A model generated the notes under the pieces. The model did no database searches. It was not told the origin of the DNA and worked only from the letters and a program-made list of their open reading frames with translations. A stretch of DNA of 64,000 nt from Desulfobacterales bacterium (lineage in GTDB: Bacteria; Desulfobacterota; Desulfobacteria; Desulfobacterales; JALSRD01): assembly GCA_026984935.1 (NCBI GenBank), contig JALSRD010000073.1:4313-68312 (forward strand), written 5' to 3'. Within the stretch, counting starts at the first letter, position 1, and the number at the start of each line of letters is the position of its first letter. Of this stretch, positions 1 to 10,179 are shown in pieces. The position numbers and the translations under genes are program-made.

Positions 1-870
1 AAAAACAACCGTCCCGTGGGGTCGCGCGTCTGCCGCGGCGGCGGTGCCAACAGCCCTGCAGCCAAGTATGCGCTGCGCAAATACATGGAATGGATCCGTG
101 AATATGCGCCGCCGGGTGCCCTGGGTATGGATTTTTATCAGTCGCTGCCCAGCCTGGCCAAGGGTAATGTGGCCCAGCAGATCTTCTGGTACACCGCCTT
201 TACCGCCGACATGGTGAAGAAGGGTACGCCCGTGGTCAATGCCGACGGAACCCCCAAATGGCGCATGGCGCCATCGCCCCATGGACCCTACTGGGAAAAG
301 GGCATGAAACTGGGTTACCAGGACTGCGGGTCCTGGACGCTGTTTAAGTTCACGCCGCTCAAACGGCTCAAGGCGGCCTGGCTGTATGCTCAGTTCACCG
401 TGTGCAAAACCGTCTCCCTGAGAAAGAGCCATGTGGGACTGACCATCATCCGCGACAGCGACATCCGGGATAAATCCTTTACCAAACGTGCACCCTACCT
501 GGGCGGGTTGGTGGAATTCTACCGCAGCCCGGCGCGTGTCTACTGGACGCCCACCGGCACCAACGTTCCGGCTTACCCCAAGCTGGCCCAGCTGTGGTGG
601 CAGAATATCGGTGAGGCCGTGGCAGGTGAAGTCACTGTTGACCGGGCCATGGACAACCTCGCCAAGGAGCAGGACCGCGTGATGCAGCGCATCCAGCGCT
701 CCGGCGTCCAGGGAGATAAGGGACCGAAGCTCAACAAGTGCATCGATCCCGCCGTCTGGCTGAAACGACCGGGTTCGCCCAAGGCCAAGCTGGCCAATGA
801 AAAACCACAGGGCAAAACCGTGGATTACGACAAACTCCTTCAGGCGTGGCGGGAGGGCCGTGCCTTTTAA
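1..870 (+). CDS. ABC-type transporter periplasmic solute-binding protein (family-1-like), C-terminal part. The 5' end lies outside the window.
   Basis: Frame 1 is open from base 1 (the track ORF starts at 16). Composition is typical of sugar/glycerol-phosphate binding proteins (QQIFWYTAFTADMVKKG, GYQDCGSWTLF, WWQNIGEAVAG). High GC3 coding bias. Lies upstream of glpK. Confidence 0.55.
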   Translation, partial: KNNRPVGSRVCRGGGANSPAAKYALRKYMEWIREYAPPGALGMDFYQSLPSLAKGNVAQQIFWYTAFTADMVKKGTPVVNADGTPKWRMAPSPHGPYWEKGMKLGYQDCGSWTLFKFTPLKRLKAAWLYAQFTVCKTVSLRKSHVGLTIIRDSDIRDKSFTKRAPYLGGLVEFYRSPARVYWTPTGTNVPAYPKLAQLWWQNIGEAVAGEVTVDRAMDNLAKEQDRVMQRIQRSGVQGDKGPKLNKCIDPAVWLKRPGSPKAKLANEKPQGKTVDYDKLLQAWREGRAF

Positions 871-974
871 CGCAAGTGCCGCCGATCCGTAGGCGTGGAC
901 CGGTACACTGCGGCCCCGGAGCCGGGGATGACAAGAGCTGTCTCCGGCGATGGAGTCTGCAGGTGAGGGCCAGA

Positions 975-1010
975 AGAGGGGCTGGAGCCAGAACTTCAGC
1001 CTCTCTTTTT
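975..1010 (+). terminator. Possible intrinsic terminator after the solute-binding protein gene
   Basis: agagg(gg)ctg at 975-984 pairs with cagcctct at 997-1004 (8 bp with a 2-nt bulge), followed by cttttt at 1005-1010. Confidence 0.4.
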
Positions 1011-1156
1011 CGTTGATCCGCCCCACCGGATCCGGTAAGTTTCTGCCGGAAGCGGAAATCCGGATTTTTTACGAAATCATTACCGTTTGAAATACAGCTG
1101 CGTGGGCTGTTTTGAAAGCAAGGCCGACCGGCCCTTACAGTTTGGAGAGGTGCATC

Positions 1157-2674
1157 ATGGGGAAAAATCAGTTTGTAGCTGCCCTGGACCAGGGGACCAC
1201 CAGCAACCGTTTCATCATCTTTAACCGTGAAGGGCGGATTGTGGCGCTGGATCAAAAGGAGCATAAGCAGATCTTTCCGCAGCCCGGGTGGGTGGAACAC
1301 GACCCTGTCGAGATCTGGCAAAACGCGTGCGCGGTCATGCGTGGTGCGCTGTCCAAAGCCGGCCTGGCCGGGTCCGATCTGGCCGCCATCGGCATCACCA
1401 ACCAGCGTGAAACCACCGTACTCTGGGATAAGCATACGGGGAAGCCCTTTACCAACGCCATCGTCTGGCAGTGCACGCGCACCGACGCAATCTGCCGGCA
1501 ATTGGCGGCTGACGGCGGTCAGGATCGTTTTCGGGAAAAAACCGGGCTGCCGGTGGCGACGTACTTTTCAGGTCCCAAAATCCGCTGGATTCTGGACAAT
1601 GTTCCCGAGGCCCGCGTGGCGGTGCAAAAAGGTCACGCGCTGTTCGGCACCATGGAAAGCTGGATCATCTGGCAGCTGACCGGTGGTCCTGCCGGCGGGG
1701 TACACGTCACCGATGTGACCAACGCCAGCCGCACCCTGCTCATGAACCTGCGGACCCTGCAGTGGGACGAAGAAATCCTGCAGACCCTGGGAATCCCGCC
1801 CCGGATCCTGCCGCGCATCGTGCCCTCATCGGACAGCGGCATGTGGGGCGCCACCGCAAAAGACGGCCCGCTGGGCGCCGCCGTTCCGGTGTGCGGCGCC
1901 CTGGGGGATCAGCAGGCGGCCCTGGTCGGTCAGGCCTGCTTCGAGAGCGGAGAGGCCAAAAACACTTATGGCACCGGATGTTTTCTGTTGCTCAACACGG
2001 GTACAACGCCGGTGGCCTCACACCACGGGCTCTTGACAACGGTCGGCTATCAGCTTGCCGGGCAGCCGGCGGTGTACTGTCTGGAGGGCTCCATCGCCAT
2101 TACCGGGGCACTGGTGCAGTGGCTGCGTGACAACCTGGGGCTGATTGCCGCGGCAGGCGATATCCAGGCGCTGGCGGAAACGGTTAAAGACAACGGCGGT
2201 GTTTATTTCGTGCCGGCCTTTTCGGGCCTGTTCGCCCCTCACTGGCGCTCCGATGCCCGCGGCGTCATTGCCGGGCTGACGCGTTTTGCCGGCAAGGGGC
2301 ATATCGCCCGTGCCGCGCTGGAAGCCACTGCCTATCAGACCTGCGATATCGTGGAGGCCATGAACTTGGACTCCGGCGTGCCGCTGAGCCGCCTCAAAGT
2401 CGACGGCGGCATGGTGGCCAACGAGCTGCTGATGCAGTTTCAGAGCGACATGCTCAATGTGCCGGTCATTCGCCCGCAGGTTTCGGAGACTACGGCCCTG
2501 GGGGCCGCGTATGCGGCGGGACTGGCCGTGGGGTTCTGGTCTGGAACCGATGCACTGCGCAGCAACTGGGCGGTGGACAAGGTTTGGCAGCCCGCCATGG
2601 CGCCCGGACAGCGGGAGGCCTGCTACCGGCACTGGAAAAAGGCGGTGGAGCGCACCTTCGGCTGGCTGGACTAG
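1157..2674 (+). CDS. glpK: Glycerol kinase
   Basis: FGGY kinase N-terminus [17 protein letters not shown] and [24 protein letters not shown], full-length ~505 aa. GGAGAGG sits 6 nt upstream of ATG 1157. The track start at 1112 is an in-frame upstream alternative. Confidence 0.95.
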   Translation: MGKNQFVAALDQGTTSNRFIIFNREGRIVALDQKEHKQIFPQPGWVEHDPVEIWQNACAVMRGALSKAGLAGSDLAAIGITNQRETTVLWDKHTGKPFTNAIVWQCTRTDAICRQLAADGGQDRFREKTGLPVATYFSGPKIRWILDNVPEARVAVQKGHALFGTMESWIIWQLTGGPAGGVHVTDVTNASRTLLMNLRTLQWDEEILQTLGIPPRILPRIVPSSDSGMWGATAKDGPLGAAVPVCGALGDQQAALVGQACFESGEAKNTYGTGCFLLLNTGTTPVASHHGLLTTVGYQLAGQPAVYCLEGSIAITGALVQWLRDNLGLIAAAGDIQALAETVKDNGGVYFVPAFSGLFAPHWRSDARGVIAGLTRFAGKGHIARAALEATAYQTCDIVEAMNLDSGVPLSRLKVDGGMVANELLMQFQSDMLNVPVIRPQVSETTALGAAYAAGLAVGFWSGTDALRSNWAVDKVWQPAMAPGQREACYRHWKKAVERTFGWLD

Positions 2675-2817
2675 CCTGCGGCAGCCGCGCCGGCGCTCCT
2701 CACCGACGGCGCATGCCACGCCTGCAAGTCTGCTGCCGGCGAAGCGGCGCAGCGAATACAGGTGCAGGTCAACCCACGGGACTGTTGCGGCAATTACCCC
2801 GGGCCTGCCGGCGGGAT

Positions 2818-4104
2818 TTATAGATTGCGCTGCCCGATGGGGATATAGTCCGTTTGCGTGGGCCCTGTGTAGAGCTGACGCGGACGGCTGATCTTCCAGT
2901 TGGGATCGTCCATGCTCTCCTTCCACTGCGCTATCCAGCCGGGCAGCCGGCCGATGGCGAACATCACCGTAAACATGTTGGTGGGAATGCCCATGGCCCT
3001 CAGCACGATGCCACTGTAAAAGTCGACATTGGGGTAAAGGTTGTGATCGATGAAGTAGTCGTCCTTGAGCGCCGCTTCCTCCAGTTCCCGGGCGAGGTCC
3101 AGCAGCGGGTCCGAGATCCTGAGTTTGGCCAGCAGCCGGTCGCAGGTTTTCTTGATGATCCGCGCCCGCGGATCGTAAGTTTTGTACACCCGGTGACCGA
3201 AGCCCATCATGCGGAAGGGGTCATTCCTGTCCTTGGCGCGGTCGATATAGGGCCGGATGCGGTTGCCGTTGGCGTGGATCTCGGAGAGCATCTCGATGAC
3301 GGCCTGATTGGCACCGCCGTGCAGCGGTCCCCACAGCGCGGCAATGCCCGCCGATATGGCCGCATACAGGTTCACACGCCCGCTGCCCACGAGGCGTACG
3401 GCCGCGGTCGAGCAGTTCTGCTCGTGGTCGGCATGCAGGATCCAGAAGACGTTCAGGGCGTCCACGGCCTCGGGGATGATTTCATAGGGCATCACCGGCG
3501 TGTCGAACATCATATTCAGAAAGTTAGCGCAGTAGGACAGGTCCGGACGGGGATAGACGACCCGGTGGCCGCGCGATATCTTGTAGGACATGGCGGCCAT
3601 GGTGCGGATTTTGGCCAGCAGGCGCGTGACGGTGAGGTCGATTTCCTCGTCGGTGGTCTCCAGTACCGGGTAGAAACTCCGCAGGGCATTGACCATGGAA
3701 GACAGGATGCCCATGGGATGCGAGGCCCGCGGAAAGTGCTGGTAAAACCCGCGCATGTCCTCATGCACCAGTGAGTTGTCGTTGAGCAGCACCGAAAATT
3801 GCTGCAGCTCTTTTACGGTGGGCAGCCGGCCGTGGATCAGCAGGTACGAGGTTTCGATAAATGAAGACTGCTCGGCAAGCTGTTCGATGGAGATGCCGCG
3901 GTAGCGCAGAATGCCCCTTTCGCCGTCCATGAAGGTAATGGCGCTGCTGCAGCTGCCGGTATTGGCAAAACCGGGATCCAGCGTGATGAAACCGGTCTGA
4001 TCGCGCAGATTGGAGATGTCGATGGCCTTCTCCCCGTGGGAGCCGGTGCGTACGGGGAGTTCGTAGATGCGGTCCTTGTAGACGATTTTAACGCTTTCGG
4101 TCAT
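2818..4104 (-). CDS. gltA: Citrate synthase (type II)
   Basis: 428 aa. Contains GILRYRGISIEQLAE, LHADHEQNCSTAAVR and GFGHRVYKTYDPRA catalytic-His motifs. AAGGAG RBS upstream of ATG 4104. Confidence 0.95.
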   Translation of the reverse strand: MTESVKIVYKDRIYELPVRTGSHGEKAIDISNLRDQTGFITLDPGFANTGSCSSAITFMDGERGILRYRGISIEQLAEQSSFIETSYLLIHGRLPTVKELQQFSVLLNDNSLVHEDMRGFYQHFPRASHPMGILSSMVNALRSFYPVLETTDEEIDLTVTRLLAKIRTMAAMSYKISRGHRVVYPRPDLSYCANFLNMMFDTPVMPYEIIPEAVDALNVFWILHADHEQNCSTAAVRLVGSGRVNLYAAISAGIAALWGPLHGGANQAVIEMLSEIHANGNRIRPYIDRAKDRNDPFRMMGFGHRVYKTYDPRARIIKKTCDRLLAKLRISDPLLDLARELEEAALKDDYFIDHNLYPNVDFYSGIVLRAMGIPTNMFTVMFAIGRLPGWIAQWKESMDDPNWKISRPRQLYTGPTQTDYIPIGQRNL

Positions 4105-4400
4105 GGGCTGCTCCTTTTACGGTCACAGTTTCCCGGGCCGGTGCTCAGCCGGGGTGTGGCGTTGCCATGTTCAACTGGACTTTTCTGCGGGGGTATGGGT
4201 ATCGTTGGCGGGGGCCGAACCTGAACGGCCATATACCCCTCGGTACTGTCGATGGTCGCTTGGCTGCTATATTAGCTAAGTTGCGTGGTGGCGTCAAGGA
4301 CCGGCCTGCCGGCAGCCGAAATCCCTCTGTTTACAGGCAGCTGCGGTTGTGATAGAAATACGCCGGCATCGGCGGCACGCTGAAAATAGGGGGATGCACA

Positions 4401-5198
4401 ATGGGCTTTAAAGAGAACCTGTTAAAAAAAATCGAGATTGACCGGCTCTATGCCCAGGTGGTGAACTCTTTGAAGGGGCCGGACAGCGGCATTCACTTTG
4501 ATAAACAGGCCCTGCGGCGGCTCCTGGCCTTGGGGCCCTATAAGCCGCTTAAAATGCGCGACCTGGAGCTCTACCTGCTGGATAAATCGGCGGGCGGGCC
4601 GCAGGTGCTGGTGCTGGACAACGGTGTCGGCATCTACAACACGACCCCCGAAGACGTGGCCCTGCGCAAGAGCCCGACGGTCAAGGAAATGCTCAGTATC
4701 CGCAATGCCGTTAAAATTCTGCGGGATTCGGATGTGTTGGTCAGCAAGAAAGATGCCTCGCTGGAAACCGTACGCCGCCAGTGCATTGACGCGCTCGATT
4801 TGACTTGGCGCAAAGAGGACATTTCCGCCATCGCCATCGACGGCGTCGCTTCACTGGAGAGTCGCTACAGCGAGGGTGTCATCGAAGCGCTGGATCTTTT
4901 TGCCGAACTGCTCGGTTTCCGGGAAGCACCGCGGGCTTTGCGGATACCGCATGTCAAGATCGTGGGGAAAGTAAGTGAGCGCACCGGCAGCGCGCCGCTT
5001 TTCGGGCCGGCAGTGCTCTACAGCCTGATCGACAACCGGCTGAGCCTGATCGAAGAGCCGCTTTCCACGCAGAGCCGGGAAGATTTTTCGCGGATTCAAA
5101 AAATTGCGCGCGGAGAAACATCTGCAGATCGGGAGGGGGCGGACGTGTTCTATTTTTTAAAGCAAGCGGTGCTGTCGGGCAAGGGCGATGTTGCGTAA
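4401..5198 (+). CDS. Hypothetical protein (no family recognised)
   Basis: 265-aa ORF with genome-typical codon bias. GGGGGA lies 7 nt before the ATG. No motif that I can name. Confidence 0.6.
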   Translation: MGFKENLLKKIEIDRLYAQVVNSLKGPDSGIHFDKQALRRLLALGPYKPLKMRDLELYLLDKSAGGPQVLVLDNGVGIYNTTPEDVALRKSPTVKEMLSIRNAVKILRDSDVLVSKKDASLETVRRQCIDALDLTWRKEDISAIAIDGVASLESRYSEGVIEALDLFAELLGFREAPRALRIPHVKIVGKVSERTGSAPLFGPAVLYSLIDNRLSLIEEPLSTQSREDFSRIQKIARGETSADREGADVFYFLKQAVLSGKGDVA

Positions 5199-5207
5199 CG
5201 ACGGCTG

Positions 5208-6602
5208 ATGGGGAAAAAGACAGATATGTGCGGCCGCAGATTTCTATGTTATTACGGCGCGGTTCTGTGCCTGGCGATGCTTTTTTGGCCGGTGGTGTCG
5301 ACCGCCGGCGCCGGCGTGGAAACCACGCAACAGCTGGTCCAGAAAGGCAAGGCGTATCTCCAGTTCCACCGCTACAAAGCGGCGGTCAAAGCGTTCAGCC
5401 GTGCCATCCGGAAAGATCGCGCCAATGTGCCGGCCTATCTGAATCGTGGTGTGGCCTGGTACAATCTGGGCCAGTACGACCTGGCCATTTCAGATTTCAG
5501 CCGGGCCATCACGGAGGATCCCGGCCGGCTTGCGGCTTACAACGGGCGCGGCATGGCCTGGTTTGCCAGCGGGCAGTACAAAAAAGCCGTCGCCGATTTT
5601 GAGCATGTCCTCAAAAAGGACCCGGAAAATATCCAGGCCAATAATCAGCTGGCCTGGCTGCTGGCCGTGTCGCCGGATGCCCGCTACCGCAACGGCCGGC
5701 GTGCCGTGCGCCTGGCCAAAAGAGCGGTTGCGAAAGAAGGCGGACCGCACCACCTGGATACCCTGGCGGCTGCCTACGCCGAGGCCGGCCGGTTTAAAGA
5801 AGCCGTGCTGACCCAGAAAAATGTCATTTTTCTGCTGATGAAAAAAGACCAGACGCGCGATCTGGATACCTATGTCAAGCGGTTGACGCACTATCAGAAA
5901 CGCAGGCCCTGGCGCGCCAAAGTGGCGGCCCGGCCGGCCATCCAGCCGGAGCCCGGTCTGCAGGAACCCCCGGAAACGGCGCCGGTGGCAGAGCAACGCC
6001 CGTCGGCGGAACCGTCTGCGCCCAAGGCCGTTAAAAAGGATACCCCCAAACCGGCCGCTGCCGGACGGCAGGCGTCAGAAGCAAAACCGGCTTTCCGGAA
6101 AAATGCCGGCAAAGCACGCGCGCTGTCACCGGCTCGGGGTGCGCAAAAGGATTATCCCTATACCATCCAGGTCAGCGCCTATAAGGACCGGCGCAAAGCC
6201 CTGCAGGTGGCACGACACTTCAGAAGCAAGGGCGACGCAGCCTTTACCTCGCCGGTGTCCATTAGCGGGCGGATATGGCACCGTATTTACATGGGATTTT
6301 ATCCAACGCTCGCCGAAGCCCGGCATGCGGTCGCCAAACTGCAGGCCCGCCGTTTCCGGCGTACAGATATCCGCAGGCAACCCTACGCCCTGCAGGTCGG
6401 TGTCTTCAAAACGGCGCGCGGCCTGAAAAACATGCAGCGCATCATGCTGAAACAGGGGTACGTGGCCTACCGCCTGAGGGATCTGTACACCACCGCCGAC
6501 CTGCGCTTGCTGGTGGGCGCCTTTGCAAGCCGTCAGCAGGCGGCCTTTTTTGAGCGTGCGTTGCAGAAAAACGGCATCGACTGCCATATCGTGACCCGCT
6601 GA
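5208..6602 (+). CDS. Secreted TPR-repeat protein with a Pro/Ala-rich linker and two C-terminal SPOR-like domains
   Basis: N-terminal hydrophobic signal-like segment (LCYYGAVLCLAMLFWPVVSTAGAG). TPR-like repeats (AYLNRGVAWYNLGQYDLAISDFSRAI and others). PEPGLQEPPETAP linker. Two SPOR-like units (YTIQVSAYKDRRKALQVARHF... and YALQVGVFKTARGLKNMQRIM...). Confidence 0.8.
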   Translation: MGKKTDMCGRRFLCYYGAVLCLAMLFWPVVSTAGAGVETTQQLVQKGKAYLQFHRYKAAVKAFSRAIRKDRANVPAYLNRGVAWYNLGQYDLAISDFSRAITEDPGRLAAYNGRGMAWFASGQYKKAVADFEHVLKKDPENIQANNQLAWLLAVSPDARYRNGRRAVRLAKRAVAKEGGPHHLDTLAAAYAEAGRFKEAVLTQKNVIFLLMKKDQTRDLDTYVKRLTHYQKRRPWRAKVAARPAIQPEPGLQEPPETAPVAEQRPSAEPSAPKAVKKDTPKPAAAGRQASEAKPAFRKNAGKARALSPARGAQKDYPYTIQVSAYKDRRKALQVARHFRSKGDAAFTSPVSISGRIWHRIYMGFYPTLAEARHAVAKLQARRFRRTDIRRQPYALQVGVFKTARGLKNMQRIMLKQGYVAYRLRDLYTTADLRLLVGAFASRQQAAFFERALQKNGIDCHIVTR

Positions 6603-6615
6603 GGCCGGCGGGATG

Positions 6616-9291
6616 TCAGTGGGCCTGCTCCCAGTTGCTGCCCAGGGCCACGTTGACCGCCAGCGGAACCTTGAGTTGCCAGGCGCTTTCCATGACCTCC
6701 TTGGCCAGCCTGCTGACCGTATCCACTTCCCCGGCCGGCGCTTCGAAAACGATCTCATCGTGCACCGAGAGCAGCATGGCGGCTTTCAAATTCCGCCGGC
6801 GCAGAGCCGCCTGAACCTGAATCATGGCCACTTTGATGAGGTCGGCGGCGGTTCCCTGGATGGGCGTGTTGACGGCCGTGCGTTCGGCAAACAGGCGTAC
6901 ACTGCGGTTCTTGCTGTTGATCTCGGGCAACAGGCGTATGCGCCCCAGCAACGTGCTGGTCCTGCCGGTTTTACGAGCATTTTCAATTGTCTGTTCTATG
7001 AAGCGCTTGACACCCGCGTAACGCCGGAAATAATTTTCGATGTAAGTCTTGGCCATTTTCTGGCTGATACCCAGTTCACGCGCCAGGCTGAAGGCGCCCA
7101 TACCGTAGATGATGCCGAAGTTGATGACCTTGGCCTGGCGCCTCAAGTCGGGCGTGATCATGGCGGGAAAAACCTGGAAGACCTCGCCGGCCGTGCGCGT
7201 GTGGATGTCTTCACCCTCCTCGAAGGCCTGGATGAGGATGGGGTCTTCGGCGTAATGGGCCAGGATGCGCAGTTCGATCTGCGAGTAGTCGGCCGAAATC
7301 AGCCGCCACCCCGGCTGCGGGACAAAGGCGCTGCGTATTTTGCGGCCCTCCTCGGTCCGTACGGGGATGTTCTGCAGGTTGGGGTTGGAGCTGCTCAGGC
7401 GTCCGGTGGCCGTCACGGTCTGGTTGAAAGAGGTGTGGATTCTTTTTGTATCCGGGTTGATCAGCTCCAGCAGCGCATCGGCATAGGTGGACTTCAGCTT
7501 GGCCAGGCTGCGGTGCTCCAAGATCAGGCTCGGCAGCGCATGCTGGTCGGAAAGGGCGGTCAGCACGTCCACATCGGTGGAATAGGCGGTCCTTTTGCGG
7601 GTTTTTTTCAAAACGGGCAGTTTCAGCTTTTCAAACAGGATGCGGCCCAGCTGCTGGGAGGAGTTGATGTTGAAGGTCTCGCCGGCCGCAGCGTAAATCT
7701 TTTCTTCGAGCGTTTGCAGTTTGCGTGCAAAGGACGCCGAAAGGTTTTCCAGCCGCGGGCGGTCCACGCAGATGCCGCGCGTCTCCATGGCTTTTAAAAC
7801 CGCGATCAGGGGCATTTCGACGTTTTCAAAAAGATCGACGAGCTCCAGCGACTCCAGCAGAGGTGCCAGCGCCCGCCGGGCCATCAGGGTGATATCGGCG
7901 TCTTCGCAGGTGTAAGGAGTGGCCTTTTCCAGCGGTACGCGGTTGAAGCCGGCTACTTTTTCGCCCTTGGCGAACAGAGACTTGTACGCGGTCATCTGGT
8001 GGCCCAGGAAATCCAGGGCGATCTGATCCAGGCTGTGGGAGCGTTTGGAAGGGTTGATGAGATAGGAGGCCACCATGGTGTCGAAGGCAACACCCGCAAG
8101 CGCGATGCCGTGGCGTTCCAGCACAATCCAGTCGTACTTGATGTTCTGCCCGATTTTTTGGATGGCGGGATTTTCCAGCACCGGTTTCAGCCGCGTCAGT
8201 ACCTGTGTTTGATCCAGTTGCGGCGGCGCACCGGCATAGTCATGGCCGCAGGGAACGTAGAAGGCTTCGTGGGGTTCAACGGCAAAGGACAGACCGACCA
8301 GGCGTGCGCGCATGGCGTCGGTGGAAGTCGTTTCGGTGTCGATGGCGATTTCCGATGCGGCTGCCAGGCGGCTGACCAGCTCGTCCAGTTCCGATGGTTT
8401 GAAAATGGCGCGGTAGCGCTTGGGGTGTGCGGCGGCTGCGGAGAAGCGCTGCTGCAGCTGGCGGAATTCCAGTTCGCCGAACAACCGGGCCAGGCGTTTG
8501 GCGTCGGGAGCCCCCAACTTCAGCGCCGCGCTGTCAAGGTCCAGCGGCACATGCGTGTCGATGGTCACCAGGGTTTTGCTGAGAAAGGCCTGATCGCGGT
8601 AGCGTACCAGGTTCGCATGCAGCTTTTTCTGGGGGACGGTGTCGATCTGGCGGTACAGCGCTTCCATGCTGCCGTATGTCCGAATCAGTTTCAGCGCGGT
8701 TTTGGGGCCGATACCGGGAACCCCCGGGATGTTGTCGGCCGTATCTCCGGAAAGCCCCATGACATCGATCATCTGCCGGGGCTCGAGACCGGTGGTTCGG
8801 CGGACGCTTTCCAGAGAGGTAAGCTTGTCCTTCATGGGGTCCCAGATACAGCTGTTTGCGGTGACCAGCTGCACGAAGTCCTTGTCTCCGGTGACCATGA
8901 TGACATCAAAACCGTCGGCTTCGGCCTGACGCGCCAGCGTGCCGATGAGATCGTCGGCCTCGTAGCCCTCCATTTTCAAGCTGGGCAGATTGAAGCCTCC
9001 CGTAATATCCCGGATATACGGCAGCTGAACGCTCATGTCCTCCGGCATGGGTGGCCGGTTGGCTTTATAGTCGCTGTAAAGCCGGTGCCGGAAGGTGGGC
9101 CCCCGGCTGTCGAAACAGATGACGCTGTATTCCGGCCGGCGCTCTTCCATGAGCTTGAGGATCATGCGCGTAAAGCCGTAAACGGCGTTGGTGGGCAGGC
9201 CCGATGAACTGGAAAGATGCCGGATGGCATGGTAGGCACGGTAAATGTAGGCGCTGCCGTCAATCAGGTAGAGGGTCTTTTTTGCATGCAT
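6616..9291 (-). CDS. polA: DNA polymerase I
   Basis: 891 aa. 5'-nuclease N-terminus (LYLIDGSAYIYRAYHA, VTGDKDFVQL), a 3'-5' exonuclease region, and pol motifs (ISADYSQIELRILAH, RRQAKVINFGIIYG, LSVHDEIVFE). Confidence 0.97.
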   Translation of the reverse strand: MHAKKTLYLIDGSAYIYRAYHAIRHLSSSSGLPTNAVYGFTRMILKLMEERRPEYSVICFDSRGPTFRHRLYSDYKANRPPMPEDMSVQLPYIRDITGGFNLPSLKMEGYEADDLIGTLARQAEADGFDVIMVTGDKDFVQLVTANSCIWDPMKDKLTSLESVRRTTGLEPRQMIDVMGLSGDTADNIPGVPGIGPKTALKLIRTYGSMEALYRQIDTVPQKKLHANLVRYRDQAFLSKTLVTIDTHVPLDLDSAALKLGAPDAKRLARLFGELEFRQLQQRFSAAAAHPKRYRAIFKPSELDELVSRLAAASEIAIDTETTSTDAMRARLVGLSFAVEPHEAFYVPCGHDYAGAPPQLDQTQVLTRLKPVLENPAIQKIGQNIKYDWIVLERHGIALAGVAFDTMVASYLINPSKRSHSLDQIALDFLGHQMTAYKSLFAKGEKVAGFNRVPLEKATPYTCEDADITLMARRALAPLLESLELVDLFENVEMPLIAVLKAMETRGICVDRPRLENLSASFARKLQTLEEKIYAAAGETFNINSSQQLGRILFEKLKLPVLKKTRKRTAYSTDVDVLTALSDQHALPSLILEHRSLAKLKSTYADALLELINPDTKRIHTSFNQTVTATGRLSSSNPNLQNIPVRTEEGRKIRSAFVPQPGWRLISADYSQIELRILAHYAEDPILIQAFEEGEDIHTRTAGEVFQVFPAMITPDLRRQAKVINFGIIYGMGAFSLARELGISQKMAKTYIENYFRRYAGVKRFIEQTIENARKTGRTSTLLGRIRLLPEINSKNRSVRLFAERTAVNTPIQGTAADLIKVAMIQVQAALRRRNLKAAMLLSVHDEIVFEAPAGEVDTVSRLAKEVMESAWQLKVPLAVNVALGSNWEQAH

Positions 9292-9464
9292 GGAACTGTC
9301 CCGGCTGCCGCCGGTGCGCGTACCGATTGACAGCCGCGTCCGGCATTCTTAGATTTATGGCACGCAAGGGCAGGCCGGGAGAATTGCCTGGCCTGCCGGG
9401 TGGTTACCGGCAAATCCGCACATTGCGTGCAGACGCTGAACGGCGTGGAGACAACGGCAGCCCA

Positions 9465-9689
9465 ATGACCGCGATACCCGCAAAAAAAAAGACATCCCGA
9501 AAGCCCCGCCGTCCGGAAGCCTACCAGTGCCACTGCTGCGGCAAAACGTTGCCCTTCTGCTGGCGCTGTCGCTGCGGCTTTTCCATCTGCCAGGTCTGTA
9601 TGCACGAAAACCTCTGGGGAATGTCGTGCAACGGCATCACCTGGCAGTGTCCGGACTGCGGCGCGCAGAACGGCTTCGGCAACCAGTAG
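9465..9689 (+). CDS. Small Cys-rich protein (74 aa, 11 Cys, zinc-ribbon-like). Function unknown.
   Basis: Strong GC3 coding bias. Basic N-terminus, then CHCC-x6-C-x2-C-x-C-x4-C-x2-C ... C-x6-C-x2-C. The start is uncertain: GGAG lies 14 nt upstream of ATG 9465, and in-frame alternatives exist at 9357 and 9204. Confidence 0.45.
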   Translation: MTAIPAKKKTSRKPRRPEAYQCHCCGKTLPFCWRCRCGFSICQVCMHENLWGMSCNGITWQCPDCGAQNGFGNQ

Positions 9690-9708
9690 CTGCGAAGTGG
9701 GCCGGACG

Positions 9709-10086
9709 TCAGACGTCCGGGGAAACATGGGGTTTGCCGCACACCCGGCAGCGGCCGTCGGGGCCGATGACGCCGATGCAGCTTTCGTCGCTGCACAGCA
9801 CGCGGTCTTCCCAGGTCAGGTCCGGGTCGGATGGCGTGTCACCGGCTCCTGGATCCGGTTCCGTCTCCGGTGCCAGTGCAGGTTCCGCGAAAGGTGCCGC
9901 AGCCCCGATGCTGTCATGGTCCGGTGGGATCCGGGTGCCCGGTTCCGCCGGCCTGCCGCACACCCGGCAGCGGCCGTCGGGGCCGATGACGCCGATGCAG
10001 CTTTCGTCGCTGCACAGCACGCGGTTTTCCCAGTCCGGATCGCCAGCTGATCCGGGATTCGTTTTGTGGTGATCCGTCGCGGCCAT
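9709..10086 (-). CDS. Small protein with two copies of a CxDxSC...CxxC zinc-ribbon-like module. Function unknown.
   Basis: 125 aa from ATG 10086, with GGAGGAG 8 nt upstream. The motif W-E-(N/D)-RVLCSDESCIGVIGPDGRCRVCG-(R/K)-P occurs twice, separated by a Pro/Glu/Asp-rich linker. Good GC3 bias. Confidence 0.65.
   Translation of the reverse strand: MAATDHHKTNPGSAGDPDWENRVLCSDESCIGVIGPDGRCRVCGRPAEPGTRIPPDHDSIGAAAPFAEPALAPETEPDPGAGDTPSDPDLTWEDRVLCSDESCIGVIGPDGRCRVCGKPHVSPDV
9735..9806. repeat. Intragenic direct repeat, copy A (72 bp, 100% identical to 9954-10025)
   Basis: Compared base by base. Identity extends to ~80 bp with one mismatch (9735-9814 vs 9954-10033). The offset is 219 bp, which is 73 codons. 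Confidence 0.95.
9954..10025. repeat. Intragenic direct repeat, copy B (72 bp, 100% identical to 9735-9806)
   Basis: See copy A. Confidence 0.95.
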
Positions 10087-10179
10087 GTTGCGTGATCTCC
10101 TCCTGTGCACCCGGGCGTCGGCTGCCGGTCCCGGGCCGCTGAACCCGCTGCCGGAGCGGCGGCGGGTTTGCCGGCGGCA

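Noticed and set aside
9527-10072. A 181-aa plus-strand ORF with a repeated PHTRQRPSGPMTPMQLSSLHSTR segment.
   Set aside because: It is the antisense reading of the repeated minus-strand gene. Its repeat simply mirrors the 72-bp DNA duplication. The minus-strand frame has the RBS, the Cys motifs and better codon bias.
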